Positions 62,023-64,000 of a stretch of DNA of 64,000 nt are shown here, in pieces. Position numbers and translations under genes: made by a program. Within the stretch, counting starts at the first letter, position 1; every line of letters starts with the position of its first letter. This stretch comes from Ophelia neglecta. Lineage: Eukaryota. The notes beneath the pieces are model-generated. The model searched no databases and was not told the DNA's origin. It saw only the letters and a list, made by a program, of their open reading frames with translations. The stretch lies in the NCBI GenBank assembly GCA_965285935.1, contig OZ260663.1, positions 26,598,001-26,662,000 on the forward strand. Direction: 5' to 3'.

Positions 62023-63556
62023 TTAGCTAGAGTGAAAAAAAACAGTAAAAGCACACTTTAAGAAGTGTTCTTTTTTGACCTGGTAGTTTGTTGTTTTCAT
62101 CAAAGTGGACCGTCTTAATCGTTCCGAGATGGGCACACATGAGATGAGTGTACAAAGAACATGTGCAATGGATTTCCATATTAAATTTATCTTATTAGAT
62201 TGGCATTTACCAATGATGTTCAATTTATCATGTACATGTGGAAGTATTTCGACTTTAAATTGCCTTGTCTGACATAGTAAAGTACTATCTCCTAATTCAC
62301 TCAATCGAAATACCGAGCTTTCGGGTTGTATTACACGCAATGAAATAAATAAAATACACTAAAATTCGCTATTATTTACAAATGTATAAAGCCTCATAAA
62401 CTTGGAATTGTTCCATACAAGAGGGCACATATGAGAACTGAGTGGTCGGCAAAAATCGTTGATCATGCTGCTCCTTATACAAGAAACTAAATAAAAAAAT
62501 ATACTAGTTGCAACCCGTAGAGGCCAGCTGCAGTCTACCGGTAGCCTACAGGTTCCTTACGCTATCTTACCAGTTTACCCGCTGCTCTTAGTTGGTTCCC
62601 TTAGTTGTAGCTTTACTGTGCCTGGCGCCTGCTGGTGGCTAACCAGAGACGCTATTGTGGCAGATTTGGGCGTCTCACATTTTAGCTTACATCCGCTACC
62701 CTCCAGCCTTATATGAAGGAAGTATGACCCTGTGTCATTAAACGCTATTGTCATACACTCTTTTTCGAACAGAAAACTGGAGTGTGGTCAACGGAAAAGT
62801 ACCTTCCCATCTACAATTTTCATATTATTTGATGAAATATGACGATAACATTCCAATAATAAAGTTCAAATTGATGATGCCATAAGGAAAATCAATCTCT
62901 CCGGGTTGATCAACCAATCAAGGCGCAGAAAGCGATAAAGCTTGGGTTTTCAAACACGTCTTGAGTCGGAACTTTACCAAATCTCTTTTCATTGTAAGAG
63001 GGCACTGTCCTGTGTTTTTCTTGTGAAGCGGAGAACTCTCGGCCGCACATGGAGTAACATATCTAGTCAATTAGGGGTCTCCGGAAAGCTAAGTAAAATA
63101 ATTTGAATATACGCTAACATCTTCCCCTTATCATTTTCATTTTAACTTTTTATTACAGTGGAAAGTATTGACAAATGTGAATCGAAGCTTTGATTGCCAT
63201 TATCTTGCTAAAAGTCAACAGACATAATAAACCCCGCTTACTAAAAAATTAAGACAAAACGTTCAGATTAGCAATCTCGGCTTTTTCGAATAAATCAGAT
63301 TTTATTCCCACCATTCCTTTAATGTTAGCTCGTATGCCGTCCAGCAGGCTTTAATTGGCTTACAATTATTAATCTTAAGATCGGTGCCAGACGGATATGG
63401 TACCGATTCTGCCACAAGTGTTTTAACATAGTTTTGGTGCCGGTTAATCGTTTGCCATAAGGCGACTTGCCATATAAAACACACATCAACGAGTAAGGTC
63501 ATTTCCCGATAGGAGTTGGCCATAAAGACCGAATAAAGCTTGGATTTATTCACCAC
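62023..63556 (-). mobile_element. LINE RT fossil (CR1/Rex1-like)
   Basis: VPYPS..NNCKPI (VPxPK..NDxRPI), KVPTQ, RVIQPESS..STL (RIIxPxxSY..TL) and HVLCTLI..RLR (HxLxxLLP..LR) occur in the expected order. Confidence 0.45.
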
Positions 63557-64000
63557 CTCTTGATTCAGAACTCTGCCAGTCTCTGTTCATGGTAAGAGGG
63601 GACACCCCGTGTAGGAATATGACCTATTATTACCGTCCGAGTGGTCATTTTGATATAATTATCTGTTGAAAAGTGTTGTGCAATTTGTCAAATCAGAGGC
63701 ATTTTTTCACATAAGATGATTAGGCTCTAACGGCGGTTTTACTACCGACATTTATTCTAAGCTCGTAGCAGAATAAACCGTTTATTATAAAACTGACATA
63801 TAAAACAAATTATAAAACCGCCTACACATTAGCCATAAAAAAATAAATGTTAAGCAATCCGAAGAGAATACCCTGATAACTGTTAAGGCCTTAGGCTTCA
63901 TGTCGGAAATAGTCTGGGCACTAAGACATTAGCACTGCACGAATTGATGTCAAACCAGGTAATATCACTTGTCCAACTAGATCCTTCCTTTAACCTTGTT

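Noticed and set aside
62512-62555. miR-100-like start AACCCGTAGA in a weak hairpin
   Set aside because: Only the first 10 nt match, the stem is too short, and no let-7 or miR-125 lies nearby.
24000-64000. Remaining 60-140 aa ORFs as host genes
   Set aside because: Many start at non-ATG codons, they lack domains and splice context, and several coincide with retroelement fossils.

Overview
AT-rich eukaryotic (metazoan, probably marine invertebrate) genomic DNA with spliceosomal introns; no bacterial, rRNA, tRNA or CRISPR features were found. (1) Bases 1-~4880 (minus): an apparently intact L2/Crack-type LINE with an L1-like ORF1, an APE-RT ORF2 and an unexplained third ORF between them. (2) 7009-16173 (plus): six exons of an isopenicillin-N-synthase-like 2OG-Fe(II) dioxygenase. 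Its N-terminal exon(s) were not found, and its 6.3-kb last intron holds stacked Harbinger-, Academ- and hAT-like DNA transposons. (3) 17430-18560: a clean Harbinger MITE. (4) 23267-23725 (minus): a single-coding-exon TMEM74/neurensin-family gene, convergent with the oxygenase. (5) About 40 kb with no recognisable host exon, made largely of very old retroelement fossils: about six Penelope-like pieces (three ending in eroded hammerhead-ribozyme cores), CR1/L2-type LINE pieces, a Harbinger fossil, minisatellites and many long G/C homopolymers. I cannot support a clear-cut new biological system. The best leads are the three-ORF LINE, the Penelope/hammerhead relics and an inverted E-box/ETS/E-box repeat. 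Fossil assignments come from by-eye motif matching and their boundaries are approximate.
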